Source: a virus
Lineage: Duplodnaviria > Caudoviricetes
Direction: 5' to 3' (one strand)
DNA: 64,000 bases
IMG/VR virus record: IMGVR_UViG_3300028888_001628
Coordinates: 1 to 64,000 of that record
In this document: positions 28,596 through 39,142 of the stretch, piece by piece
Numbering within the stretch: the first letter of the stretch is position 1
Layout of the letters: every line of letters starts with the position of its first letter
Notes under the pieces: generated by a model
Seen by the model: only the letters and a program-made list of their open reading frames with translations
What the model was told of the DNA's origin: nothing
The model's database searches: none
Made by a program: the position numbers and the translations under genes

Positions 28596-30437
28596 ATGAG
28601 TTTATTAGATAATTATAAATTACGAAAGAGATTAGAAAAATTAGAATCACTTGCATATGAAAAGACTTCTTGGAGAGGTGAACCATCAAAAGCGTATCTT
28701 TTATGGAAATATCTAATGGATAATGGGCCTCAGACTGTAAGTAATGTACAATCTGAATTTCCACCTAAGATATCATCTAACACAGCCATTAACTTTTTTG
28801 CTAGCAATGACTTAATTTATAGAAATGGAAATACACTTTCAGCCAATCCTGATTATAATTGGGAAGACGTTGGTGTTATTCCTAGAACTGCTCAACAAGA
28901 GACTATAAGTGACATGATGAGCGGTTCGCTAGATGTAGAAGATGAAGCACCGGTACAAACAAGAGCTCCTATATCTAGAAGGCGTGCTGTTAAGGCTAAT
29001 ATATTTTCTAAAAAAGTAGAAGAAGTTCAAGCAGCTATAGATGAAGGCGTTGATGTAAACACAACAGATAATAGAGATAGAACACCTTTAATGGTAGCCT
29101 GTATGGCTAGAAATGGTGACACTGGAGCAGTTATTAAGCTTCTTCTAGACAATGGTGCTAACCCAAACGACGATTATAATACAAAGCCGGCTGTATTATA
29201 TACTGTAAAGTATAATAATAAAGAAGGCACTTTAGCATTAGCTAACGCCGGAGCTTATTTAGCCATAGTTGGAGATTCAGCTGCGCTAATGGTTAATATA
29301 ATAAATAGTAAGCTATTTAGTGCTAATGAAATAGTCAGTATGATTACTGAAGACTTCATGAGAAAGTATATTGAAAAAGATTTTTTCATTAGACCTATGA
29401 TTTCGAGTGGTTGCTCTAATCTTGATAATCCTAATTTATTCTTAGACAAGCTTATAAGCACTACTTTAAAAGTTACTAATAAGCCTACTGTTATAAATGA
29501 TGGTCTGTCTGTAAATGTGAACTCTCCTTACTGGTTTATAGTAGCAGATGCACTTGAAAGAAATGGACGTGCTATCTATATATCTGGTAACGATGATTAC
29601 GTAATATCTAGGGTTGTTGAACAGCGTAAAGTAGCCGATAAAGTATATGACTTAGCAGAAAAGATTGGTAATGGAGTTCTTAAAACTGGTAGTCTAACTG
29701 GTTATTGTAGAGCTGTAATTGGAATATGTAATAAATATAACAAATCAGTAAATGTACTAGAAAATCTGCTAAAACAAGATGTGTTTAATGACTTTAGTCC
29801 GTATTATCAATGGGAGATTCTCTCATTAGCTACTGATGATGAGAGAGAAAACGAGGTGGTTAGTGATACACTTATAAGATGTCTTAATAAATTAAAATTT
29901 AAAAAACCTACACCTGATATGCTTTATGATGTTATTTATAATTGTTCAGAAATAGGCAATCTTGATATGAATGGTGAAATACCTAGTTCAATAACAAGAC
30001 TCGTGTGCAAAAAAATTAAACCATACGCTAGAATTATTAATGATATTGGTATAACACGAATAGCTGGTATGAGAGATAGATTATTCATTGAAGAAATGAT
30101 CGATGCTGGGTTAGGTGAAGATTTAGCTGCAAGCTGGGCACTATCTAATGTGTGTAAACAGGAATTAGAAAAAGCAGGCGTATCTAATATAGGCAAACCA
30201 CGTAACAGTTTAACGGGAAATAGCTTAATTAATAGAATTATAGATCATATATATAATGACACAATGGATCAACATGCCAGACAACGTATAAATGAAGATC
30301 CAGAAATATTAAGTAATGAAGTAATTCAAGATGCTTTAAATGATCCATCTAATGAAGATTCAGTTACAGCAGCTCAATTAAAGAGACAGTACGATCAGTG
30401 GCTCGCTTCAGGTGAAAAACCTAAGTATGATATGTAA
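28596..30437 (+). CDS. Leader + wHTH-like + ankyrin-repeat protein, paralog 2
   Basis: First ~100 aa highly similar to paralog 1; TPLMVAC...LLDNGANPN. Confidence 0.8.
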   Translation: MSLLDNYKLRKRLEKLESLAYEKTSWRGEPSKAYLLWKYLMDNGPQTVSNVQSEFPPKISSNTAINFFASNDLIYRNGNTLSANPDYNWEDVGVIPRTAQQETISDMMSGSLDVEDEAPVQTRAPISRRRAVKANIFSKKVEEVQAAIDEGVDVNTTDNRDRTPLMVACMARNGDTGAVIKLLLDNGANPNDDYNTKPAVLYTVKYNNKEGTLALANAGAYLAIVGDSAALMVNIINSKLFSANEIVSMITEDFMRKYIEKDFFIRPMISSGCSNLDNPNLFLDKLISTTLKVTNKPTVINDGLSVNVNSPYWFIVADALERNGRAIYISGNDDYVISRVVEQRKVADKVYDLAEKIGNGVLKTGSLTGYCRAVIGICNKYNKSVNVLENLLKQDVFNDFSPYYQWEILSLATDDERENEVVSDTLIRCLNKLKFKKPTPDMLYDVIYNCSEIGNLDMNGEIPSSITRLVCKKIKPYARIINDIGITRIAGMRDRLFIEEMIDAGLGEDLAASWALSNVCKQELEKAGVSNIGKPRNSLTGNSLINRIIDHIYNDTMDQHARQRINEDPEILSNEVIQDALNDPSNEDSVTAAQLKRQYDQWLASGEKPKYDM

Positions 30438-30495
30438 ATAAATTAACGAGCTATATAGCTCGTTAATAAATCTATACTTTATATAGGATATACAA

Positions 30496-32088
30496 ATGAA
30501 CTTATTAAACACTTATAAGTTACAAAAAAGATTAGAAAAGTTAGAATCAATCTTGCGTATATTTAATGAGGATGAGATAACTGACATAAACAACACTGCA
30601 CGCACGCAACGTGCAAGAAAATCAAAAGCTAACATATTTTCAAGAAAACTTGATAGTGTGTTAGCAGCAATAGATGAAGGTCAAGATATAAATCAAGTTA
30701 ATAGTAAAGGTCAAACGCCATTGTTAGCGATGACAGCTGCAACACCGATCGAAGTAGTTAAATGCTTATTGGATAATGGTGCAGATTTAAATCTTACATA
30801 TAAAGACAAAGACGCGTTTGAGTTAGCAAGTAAAAATAACCGCGAAGATATTGCAAGCTTAATTCTTAGCGATAGTAATTTTAAACCTAAATACAATATT
30901 TTACAGACATATTACAATCTTAGCAGGCATACGGCTACTGATACTAGTTTTATTTCATTAGCTGCTTCTAAAGAATCTGGTGAGTTTTCATTTGATCTAT
31001 ATTTACCATACTACTATACTTTTAATAGTGGTGTATTAACAAAAGAACAGTATAAAAATGTAATGACTACAGTTGTTAATAATTGTAGTAGTTTTAAAGA
31101 TGATACATCAGAGTATAATAAATATCTAGTGTCTGAACTGGATAAAGATGCACCTGTTACTATATGCTGTATTGCTGATAGATTTAAACTTTTTGTAAAG
31201 TTATATGATCAGAATGTAAATCTTAAATCATTGCCGCATGATAGTCAACTAGCACTTATCGATCTTTGCAAGAGATGCATAGAGGGTGATATACAGCTCA
31301 CGCGTGGTGATGTATATGATGCTATTTCAATGTGCAGTACACTGTGTGATTTAGTTGGTTACGACTATAATCCATACGAAGCTGTCTATGATCCATCTAC
31401 AATTAAAAAACTCTCTGAAAAAAATCTGTATCATTTAATGAATGCTGCTATACGAGGTAATCGTGAAGATAGACTTAAACAAATGATTGCTGCTAGAGCA
31501 AAGATTAGTTTATGTACAGCAAAAACGTATCTAAGTAATAATAAAAACTTAGATAGAAAGTGGGTACAGTTAATAGTACAGTTGATAGATTTACCTAAAG
31601 GTAGAACAGACGCCACAACATTACAATGTATATACGAATCTATATTTAGCCACTATGATGACTATATAGAATTTCTAATTGATAGAGGCTATGGTGATAG
31701 ATTAGCTTATTATTGTGCTGATAGACGAAAAGGAAAACCAGGAGGTATTGATCGTGACACTCGTGACTGTGCGGTAGTATTAGTAAGAAATGGTTATGAT
31801 CTTAATAAAGATTATAATTACGCTGTTGATGATGAAGTTAACCCTAACAATGTAAATGCTGTAGCAAAAGCTATTGTTAGAGCTATAAAATATGATTCTA
31901 TTGATAGCAACCTTATAAAATCTATTGAAAAATACCCTGCGGCTTTAGGTAGTGATATTGTTACAGATGCTATAGCTAATGCTGGTGATAATAACGCAAT
32001 TAGTCGTCAGATTCAAAGAATGAAAGATAGACTATATAGCGATGATCTTGATAACGATAGTGGTGATGATAACGTTTATGATTTCTAA
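30496..32088 (+). CDS. Leader + ankyrin-repeat protein, paralog 3 (no wHTH)
   Basis: LQKRLEKLESILRIFNE; GQTPLL...LLDNGADLN. Confidence 0.8.
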   Translation: MNLLNTYKLQKRLEKLESILRIFNEDEITDINNTARTQRARKSKANIFSRKLDSVLAAIDEGQDINQVNSKGQTPLLAMTAATPIEVVKCLLDNGADLNLTYKDKDAFELASKNNREDIASLILSDSNFKPKYNILQTYYNLSRHTATDTSFISLAASKESGEFSFDLYLPYYYTFNSGVLTKEQYKNVMTTVVNNCSSFKDDTSEYNKYLVSELDKDAPVTICCIADRFKLFVKLYDQNVNLKSLPHDSQLALIDLCKRCIEGDIQLTRGDVYDAISMCSTLCDLVGYDYNPYEAVYDPSTIKKLSEKNLYHLMNAAIRGNREDRLKQMIAARAKISLCTAKTYLSNNKNLDRKWVQLIVQLIDLPKGRTDATTLQCIYESIFSHYDDYIEFLIDRGYGDRLAYYCADRRKGKPGGIDRDTRDCAVVLVRNGYDLNKDYNYAVDDEVNPNNVNAVAKAIVRAIKYDSIDSNLIKSIEKYPAALGSDIVTDAIANAGDNNAISRQIQRMKDRLYSDDLDNDSGDDNVYDF

Positions 32089-32121
32089 ATATTTTTATAA
32101 CTTACCATAAGGAATTATATT

Positions 32122-33330
32122 ATGAAATATAAAATAGTTAAAAATGAATCCTTCGATAAATATATTGACTATATTATGCGTGGGCGAGGTCGTCGATTTG
32201 AAGACCGCTGGGATAGCCTTGATTTAGATGATGTCGCTGCTGATGTAGAAGTACCTTCAAATAGTGAGATCAGCACTGCAGTACGCGAACTTGATTTGTT
32301 TGATGATGTTGCTATAAAGACTGGTGCTGGTGATGTTAAAGTCGGCGGTGATGGCAAACTTCGTTTACTAGACTTTGATGATGAGCCTGTTAAAAAGCAA
32401 TCTAAATCTGACGATGACGAGAAACCAGACTCACGTACTAAGGGTCTTGATTGGGATGATGACGGTAACAAAGTTAGCAATAAAAAATCCGCTATTGGCG
32501 GTGTTATTGGTGCACTTGATTACGATGATGACATTGATACTTCAAAAATTGTTGCTTCTATTGATGATGTTTACGCGGCATTATCAAGTGCAGATCCTAA
32601 GGTTGTAAAATCAATGATTAAACGATATGCTGCAGATATTACAGATGAGAATAAAATCAAAGAGGTTTTATTAGGCCATGCAGTACAGCTAAATTATGAA
32701 TCTCTACGTGTTATGTGTGGTGATATGAAAGTTGTACTATCTGCTAAAGAAAAGCAAATAGAGTATATCGATAGAGGTGATATTACAAAAGCTCTAGAAC
32801 GATTTAAAAAGATTGCTTCTAAATTAGATGGCTCAAATAATACGTACGGATTAATTCCAAATGCTATTGTATCATGTAATGAAAATGATCAGATTAAATG
32901 TACTAATATAATTGACTTTCTTATGACATGGTGTGAACTTCCACTTGTACCAATGTATTTCCGCGGTGCTATTGTAAAGAAATGTTATAGCTTAGCTGAT
33001 TTCTTAATCGATAATATGCCAGATGTTAAATTCTCGGTTGAGTTTTTAGTTGGTGCACGAGGATTACTTACACGCACTAAAAATTACACTGACATTCCAA
33101 AGAGTGTATTAAATAAGATTGTTGAACACGTTGACGTTGAAAAATTAAGATCTACTACTATTGGTGATCTAATGATTATGATGGCAAATAATAAAAATAA
33201 TAAAGCTGTTAAAGATATTTATGCAAAATGTAGCGATAATAAAAAATATATGGTGATTGACTATATTGAAGAAAACGAAATGGCTGCATTTCAAACTATC
33301 TCAGATATTCTCAATCTCGACAAAGAATAA
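32122..33330 (+). CDS. Hypothetical protein, acidic N-terminus and helical C-terminus
   Basis: Long ORF with AGGA RBS; KNES possible cleavage site. Confidence 0.7.
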   Translation: MKYKIVKNESFDKYIDYIMRGRGRRFEDRWDSLDLDDVAADVEVPSNSEISTAVRELDLFDDVAIKTGAGDVKVGGDGKLRLLDFDDEPVKKQSKSDDDEKPDSRTKGLDWDDDGNKVSNKKSAIGGVIGALDYDDDIDTSKIVASIDDVYAALSSADPKVVKSMIKRYAADITDENKIKEVLLGHAVQLNYESLRVMCGDMKVVLSAKEKQIEYIDRGDITKALERFKKIASKLDGSNNTYGLIPNAIVSCNENDQIKCTNIIDFLMTWCELPLVPMYFRGAIVKKCYSLADFLIDNMPDVKFSVEFLVGARGLLTRTKNYTDIPKSVLNKIVEHVDVEKLRSTTIGDLMIMMANNKNNKAVKDIYAKCSDNKKYMVIDYIEENEMAAFQTISDILNLDKE

Positions 33331-33376
33331 ACTTAATGGCGTATCAATTACGATACGCCATTTTAATATGTAAATA

Positions 33377-34378
33377 ATGCTTATGAAAGATAAATTAATC
33401 TCTCGTTTAAAAAAATTAGAACATAGAATTTCTCTATTAGAGTCTAAACAAGTTGGTATTTTGTATCATGTATGCACGCTAAATGCTTATCTTGACTATA
33501 TATTACCTGAAGATAAATTATCTGCATCTGGTAAATATATGAATTGGCTTTATGGTAGTAATTCTTATGTATCATTTACGCGTGATAGACGATTCGTTGT
33601 ACAAACCGATAATGTACAAGATTCTGATATTCTAGTGCAACTTGTTATTGATGGTGATAAGCTATCAGAGAAATATAAAGTAGGCCCATATAATGACTTC
33701 GCTTATGACTATGACGGAAATGAAATAGATGATAACGAGTTAGTTAAGTATAGAGAAAAAGAAGAAGTTGTTAGAGGACCCATTAAAAATATCTCTAGAT
33801 ATATAAAGAATGTTTATATTGACGCTAGGGATGCAAATAATAGTTCGATAGACAACCTTAAAGATCTCATTGAATTAAATCCGAGTGCAAAATATTTTAA
33901 TTTTATTAGTGGTAAAGACTCTGCGTTTGGTAATTTTATAAAATCACATGGCTTAAAAAATGGTGACTCTGTTAAAGACTGTCTAAATGTATTTACAGAA
34001 TATTATTATACTGTAATGAATAATCTATTTAGTGGTGATATACATAAGATAGAAATGGCTATGTGGGCTATGGAAGATGATTCGTCAAAAATAAATAAAG
34101 TGTATGGTGACAAAGGTACTTTATTGAATTACTACTGTGACAGTGATAAGAACACAGATATCGTAAAATTGTTGTTAAAGTACGGTGCTGATGCAAATGT
34201 ACAAAATAATAATGGTGATACTGCATTAATAATTGCAGCTAGAAGTGGAAGTCCTGATATAGTTAAACTTATCTTAAAAGCAGGTGTATATAGAGGTGAG
34301 GTAAATGATAAAGGTGAGACAGCATTTGATGTTGCAGCTACACCATACATAAAAGAACTGCTAGACAAAAAGAAATAG
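33377..34378 (+). CDS. Leader + ADP-ribosyltransferase-like domain + ankyrin repeats
   Basis: LYH, VSFTR, EKEE; canonical GDTALIIAA and GETAFDVA ankyrins. Confidence 0.65.
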   Translation: MLMKDKLISRLKKLEHRISLLESKQVGILYHVCTLNAYLDYILPEDKLSASGKYMNWLYGSNSYVSFTRDRRFVVQTDNVQDSDILVQLVIDGDKLSEKYKVGPYNDFAYDYDGNEIDDNELVKYREKEEVVRGPIKNISRYIKNVYIDARDANNSSIDNLKDLIELNPSAKYFNFISGKDSAFGNFIKSHGLKNGDSVKDCLNVFTEYYYTVMNNLFSGDIHKIEMAMWAMEDDSSKINKVYGDKGTLLNYYCDSDKNTDIVKLLLKYGADANVQNNNGDTALIIAARSGSPDIVKLILKAGVYRGEVNDKGETAFDVAATPYIKELLDKKK

Positions 34379-34454
34379 TTAATACAGAAAGCAAATCTAT
34401 TGTATATAAAACCTAGTATAATAATACTAGGTTTTATTTTTATAAAGAGTGGTT

Positions 34455-35522
34455 ATGAACAGTGTTACTTATAATTACAGACCGCAGAATTTCTCAAGCA
34501 TAGTTGGTAATGAAATAAACAACAAACTGCTGTTAGAAATAGCAAGATCAGGTGGGCCTTCTACGTTAGTTCTTGCAGGTTCTTATGGTTGTGGCAAGAC
34601 TACATCAGCGAGGTGCTTTGCAAAAGCTGTTAATTGTGATCATCTTACAAATGACATCTGCTGTAAATGTGAATCATGTATGATGGATTTATCAAATAGC
34701 CCATTCTACAGTGAAATGGATTCATCTATAATAGGCAACGTAGATAATATTAGAGATCTATATGAAGATCTAACTTTTGTGCCTAGAGGTAAAAAGAGAG
34801 TGATAGTGTTTGATGAATGCCATTTGATTAGTAGGGCAGGTCAATCGGCATTATTAAAAGTATTTGAGGACGCGCCACCAAATATATACTATCTACTATG
34901 TACAACTAATAAAGACGCTTTACTTCCAACTATCATTTCAAGATCACTTACATTAGAGTTTAATACTAAATCTAAAGATGAAGTAATTAGTAACTTAAAG
35001 AAAATTTCTCTTGAGATGAATATCAATTTACCGGATAGTGTTGCAAGTTTAATAGCACTAAGATCGAAAGGTCATATGCGAGATGCACATAAACTTTTTG
35101 AGAAGTTTTTATTAATAGGTGAGAAGGATTTCTTAAACCTTGAAGAATCAGGCTATATTTATTTAGCAAAATATTTCGCACAGGTGCTATGGTTATTAAA
35201 GAATAATAGAGCCTCTTCAGAAGAGATCAAAAAGCACAAAGAAATAATGATAGAGATAGTTGATCGTTTAATGCGAATACCTATTGCATTATTAAAAGAT
35301 GATTATCAAAACTTATTTCTTGATCTTGCAAAGAAATGTTTTAATAGTGAATACAAAACAGAACCGATAATAGATGCAATAGTAAAACAGTTTGATGTAC
35401 GATCTATAATGAATCTGTACAAAGTTGCATTAGATGATTTCACAATGAGTTCTTTTGATAGTGATATAAGATTTCAAACTGCATTGCTGTCTACATATCA
35501 AAGATTGCTTATGGGGATATAG
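34455..35522 (+). CDS. dnaX: DNA polymerase III gamma/tau-like clamp loader ATPase
   Basis: YRPQNF, GSYGCGKTT, Cys cluster, DECH, ALLKVFE, TIISR, GHMRDA. Confidence 0.9.
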   Translation: MNSVTYNYRPQNFSSIVGNEINNKLLLEIARSGGPSTLVLAGSYGCGKTTSARCFAKAVNCDHLTNDICCKCESCMMDLSNSPFYSEMDSSIIGNVDNIRDLYEDLTFVPRGKKRVIVFDECHLISRAGQSALLKVFEDAPPNIYYLLCTTNKDALLPTIISRSLTLEFNTKSKDEVISNLKKISLEMNINLPDSVASLIALRSKGHMRDAHKLFEKFLLIGEKDFLNLEESGYIYLAKYFAQVLWLLKNNRASSEEIKKHKEIMIEIVDRLMRIPIALLKDDYQNLFLDLAKKCFNSEYKTEPIIDAIVKQFDVRSIMNLYKVALDDFTMSSFDSDIRFQTALLSTYQRLLMGI

Positions 35523-35526
35523 TTTT

Positions 35527-36234
35527 ATGAAAAGACATACTTTAGAGTATAGAATAGCTCGATTAGAGCGATATATAAAAAATGAATTTATAGATCAGTT
35601 CGACAAGCCTAAAAGATCAGAAGAAAAAGAATGGGTAAATGATTTATTCAGTAAATATAAATCGCTAAAAAGTAGTCTTACTACAAATTTAAATTCAGTA
35701 ACAGACACTAATAAAGATAGCCCATTTAATTTAATTTTATCATCTAAAGATAAGTGCATAGATTTTCTTATTACCTCAAAAGGTAATAGAGATGAGATGT
35801 CATGTACGGCTTTTAATAAGGGTGATAATGCAAAGATAGACTCACTGAAAAAATTTCATTTAAATAATGAAATTAACAAAGTTGCAGCATTTATCTTACA
35901 AACACTAAAGAGTCACAAATGTGAGAGTCGCAGTAGAAAGTTCGAAGAAGTATCGTTGACTGCACTTGACTGCCAATACATACTTAAGAGCGTTGATAGA
36001 TTACTTAGTGATATTTCAGATAACGCTTCTTCTAAAGTAGAAGACGATAACTCTGATTATGGATTTATTAATGTAGCTATATATAACCCTAACTATGTAA
36101 CGGACTACGATATTATCGCTCGTGATTATAATAAATTTGAAGTTATACACAACGATAAAAATATTCGCACAGTAAGTGATCTTAAGAAGGTTGCTGAAGT
36201 TGTTGTAAATGATTTTAGTAGCAATTATATGTGA
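35527..36234 (+). CDS. Leader-family protein
   Basis: LEYRIARLERYIKNE. Confidence 0.65.
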   Translation: MKRHTLEYRIARLERYIKNEFIDQFDKPKRSEEKEWVNDLFSKYKSLKSSLTTNLNSVTDTNKDSPFNLILSSKDKCIDFLITSKGNRDEMSCTAFNKGDNAKIDSLKKFHLNNEINKVAAFILQTLKSHKCESRSRKFEEVSLTALDCQYILKSVDRLLSDISDNASSKVEDDNSDYGFINVAIYNPNYVTDYDIIARDYNKFEVIHNDKNIRTVSDLKKVAEVVVNDFSSNYM

Positions 36235-36260
36235 TACTGATATTTAATAAATGCAAAATA

Positions 36261-36308
36261 AAGTGTATATTATAACACATCATCGTTATAATATACACTT
36301 TTCTTTTA
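36261..36308. terminator. Perfect 16-bp inverted repeat (terminator overlapping a promoter motif)
   Basis: AAGTGTATATTATAAC-8 nt-GTTATAATATACACTT then T tail. Confidence 0.65.
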
Positions 36309-36321
36309 TAAGGAACATTGT

Positions 36322-36954
36322 ATGATAGTTAGTATTATTGGTTTAATAGGATCTGGGAAAACAACTCTTGTTAGTAATCTTGCACGTAATAACGGATATA
36401 CTGTATTTGAAGAACCTGTTAACTCAAACCCATTCTTAAGTGATTATTACAAAGATCCTACTAGATGGAGTTTTACACTTCAAACATATTATTTATGGGA
36501 ACGATATAAACAATCGCAAGAAGCATACATGAGATCTTTACGCGGTGATACTGTAATACTAGACAGTTCTTTATATTCTGATTATGCTTTTGCTATCTTA
36601 CAAAAAGAATCTAACTACTTCACTTATGATGAATTTGCTACTTATTTGAATATGCATTCTATATTAGCAACACAGACAGCGTACCCTGATTTAGTCATAA
36701 AGTTAGAGCTATCACCTGAAGAATCATTGAATAGAATTAATAAGAGATCACGAGAATGTGAATCTAATATTTCAATTGAGTATCTCATTAAATTAGATGC
36801 TGCATATAATACAGTTTTAGAAAAGCTAAATAAACATACTAGTATTGTTAAAGTTGATGCAAGTCCTTGTGAAATGTATGTATATAAAGATGTTAATGAC
36901 ATTATTAATAACTCTAAAGTAAAAGAAAAAGATTTAGATTTAAAATATCTATAA
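36322..36954 (+). CDS. Deoxynucleoside kinase
   Basis: GLIGSGKTT, EPV..NPFL..YY.DP.RW, RINKRSR. Confidence 0.9.
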   Translation: MIVSIIGLIGSGKTTLVSNLARNNGYTVFEEPVNSNPFLSDYYKDPTRWSFTLQTYYLWERYKQSQEAYMRSLRGDTVILDSSLYSDYAFAILQKESNYFTYDEFATYLNMHSILATQTAYPDLVIKLELSPEESLNRINKRSRECESNISIEYLIKLDAAYNTVLEKLNKHTSIVKVDASPCEMYVYKDVNDIINNSKVKEKDLDLKYL

Positions 36955-37020
36955 ACAGTGATTAAACGTATATCATATAATGTGATATACGTTTTATTAT
37001 TATAAGTATAAGGTGATAAT

Positions 37021-38268
37021 ATGAATGATAAAGAAGTAGAGAGTATAATATTAGCGGAACAGAGCAGACAGAAAAACACTCTTAGAATGATAGCATCTGA
37101 AAGTGAACCGTCTGACGATGTGCTAGAATGCCTTGGGTCATGTTTTACTTCAAAATATAGTGAGGGGTACCCAAATGGAACTAACAACCCAGCCGGCTTT
37201 CGTTACTACCAAGGACAAGAGAACACTAATAAGATTGAGAATCTTTGCATAGAACGTGCTAGAGAAGCTTTTAATTTACCTGACGATTGGCACGTTAACG
37301 TACAAGCGTTAAGTGGGTCACCTGCAAATATTGCTGTCTATACTGCGCTATGTAATATTGGTGATAAAGTTGTTGGCTTAGGGCTTAATTCTGGAGGGCA
37401 TTTAAGTCATGGTCATAAAGTTAATTTTACTGGAAAGAATTATGAAGTTCACCAGTTCGACGTTGATAAAGACACTCAACTAATTAACTATGACAAATTA
37501 AATGACTTTGTTTATAACGCAAGACCTAAGATGATGATTATTGGTACAACTGCATATAGTCGCGTTCTTGATTGGAAAAGATTAAGAGACATTGCAAATA
37601 AAGCAGGTTGTTACTTTGTAGCAGATGTTGCTCATGTTGCAGGTTTAATTGCAGGTGGTGCTTATCCGTCACCGGTCCCGTATGCAGATGTAGTTACTAT
37701 GACTACGCATAAAACACTGCGTGGACCTAGAGGCGCGCTTATATTTTGTAGAAATGAATTTGCTAAAAAGATCGATAGAGCTGTTTTCCCGGGCAACTCT
37801 GGTGGGCCACACATGAATAATATAGCTGGGATTGCAGTTGCTCTTAAAGAAGCTACTACAGAAGACTTTAAAGATTATGCACACCAGGTTGTTAAAAATG
37901 CAAAGTGCCTCGCCAATATTTTATGTAATATTTATGGGTTTAATATTATCTCAGGTGGGACAGACTCTCATTTGATGGTTGTAGATGTTACAAATAAAAA
38001 TATTGATGGGAAAACTGCAGCAATAGCACTTGAAAAAGCTGGCATAGAGTGTTCTTATTCTACTATCCCGTATGATCCTAATCCACCAGCAAATCCATCT
38101 GGGATTAGATTAGGTACTTCAATTTTAACTACACGTGGAATGAAGGAAGATGATATGAGCGTAGTTGCAGCTTATATCAATAAATCATTGGATAATTATA
38201 ATGATGATCAAGTCTTAGAGACTATAAAAGATTCTGTATCTAAATTTGTAAAACAATTTAATAAGTGA
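37021..38268 (+). CDS. glyA: Serine hydroxymethyltransferase
   Basis: KYSEGYP, GGHLSHG, DVAH, TTHKTLRGPRG, SGIRLGT. Confidence 0.97.
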   Translation: MNDKEVESIILAEQSRQKNTLRMIASESEPSDDVLECLGSCFTSKYSEGYPNGTNNPAGFRYYQGQENTNKIENLCIERAREAFNLPDDWHVNVQALSGSPANIAVYTALCNIGDKVVGLGLNSGGHLSHGHKVNFTGKNYEVHQFDVDKDTQLINYDKLNDFVYNARPKMMIIGTTAYSRVLDWKRLRDIANKAGCYFVADVAHVAGLIAGGAYPSPVPYADVVTMTTHKTLRGPRGALIFCRNEFAKKIDRAVFPGNSGGPHMNNIAGIAVALKEATTEDFKDYAHQVVKNAKCLANILCNIYGFNIISGGTDSHLMVVDVTNKNIDGKTAAIALEKAGIECSYSTIPYDPNPPANPSGIRLGTSILTTRGMKEDDMSVVAAYINKSLDNYNDDQVLETIKDSVSKFVKQFNK

Positions 38269-38275
38269 GGTACCT

Positions 38276-39040
38276 ATGTTTAATAAGAAACACAAAATGC
38301 TAATTGAGCGACGTCTTTCACGTCTTGAAAAAGCTATTGATGAAGAAATTAAATTAGAAAATTTGTATGAATTTGAAGATGATATTGAGGACGATTTTGA
38401 TGAGTTTGAAGATGAGCTAGAAGATGATCTTGAAGATGATCTTGAAGATGATCTTGAAGATGAGCTTGATGATGATGAAGATGATATGTATGAATCTCGT
38501 CGTCGCAAATTAGAGCGGCGTGTTAGATTCTTAGAACGAAAACTTGCAGATGAAGGTATCCTTGACAGCATTAAAAATGTAGCCAACAAAATTTCTGGCA
38601 AAGCAGCTGATGCTAAATTATCTGCGAAAGAACTTGTTAGTAAACTAAAACTAGAACTTGAAACTATGGCACTCGGTATTACATCAAAGCTTGATGATGC
38701 TGTTGGAGCTTTTGATTGGGGTGATCCAATTATAAAATCAGGGTCTAATGGCATTGTGAGGTGTCGTATTGTAGGTGAAAATGGTAGTTTACCACACACA
38801 AAGCGTACTAAAGATAATGTAGGTATAGATTTAGAGGTTAATACAGACGGCGCTGATAAATTAAAAGATTGCGTTGTTAATTATGACGTGTATATTAATT
38901 CAAAAGCAACAACCGCTAGTGCACCAGATCCTATTAGTGATAGCAATAAATTACTTTCACTATTAAAACCAAACGAATGGAAAAAGATTGCACAATCTTT
39001 TAAACCTGTATTTAATAAGTACGTAGAAGACAATACTTAA
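38276..39040 (+). CDS. Leader-family protein with two leader copies flanking an acidic tract (scaffold/core-like)
   Basis: IERRLSRLEKAIDE and LERRVRFLERKLADE around (EDDL)n. Confidence 0.65.
   Translation: MFNKKHKMLIERRLSRLEKAIDEEIKLENLYEFEDDIEDDFDEFEDELEDDLEDDLEDDLEDELDDDEDDMYESRRRKLERRVRFLERKLADEGILDSIKNVANKISGKAADAKLSAKELVSKLKLELETMALGITSKLDDAVGAFDWGDPIIKSGSNGIVRCRIVGENGSLPHTKRTKDNVGIDLEVNTDGADKLKDCVVNYDVYINSKATTASAPDPISDSNKLLSLLKPNEWKKIAQSFKPVFNKYVEDNT
38408..38476 (+). repeat. 12-bp tandem repeat GAAGATGATCTT encoding EDDL
   Basis: Three exact and several degenerate copies. Confidence 0.8.
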
Positions 39041-39142
39041 TGTCTAACACATTATAAATTTAAGCCCTTAGATTTATTCTAAGGGCTTTATTTGTATATC
39101 TAAATAATAAGACTAACCTATCATTTATAGTGAGGTAGTTAT

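Noticed and set aside
26798-32088. Diversity-generating retroelement behind paralog variation
   Set aside because: No reverse transcriptase or adenine-specific TR/VR pair visible
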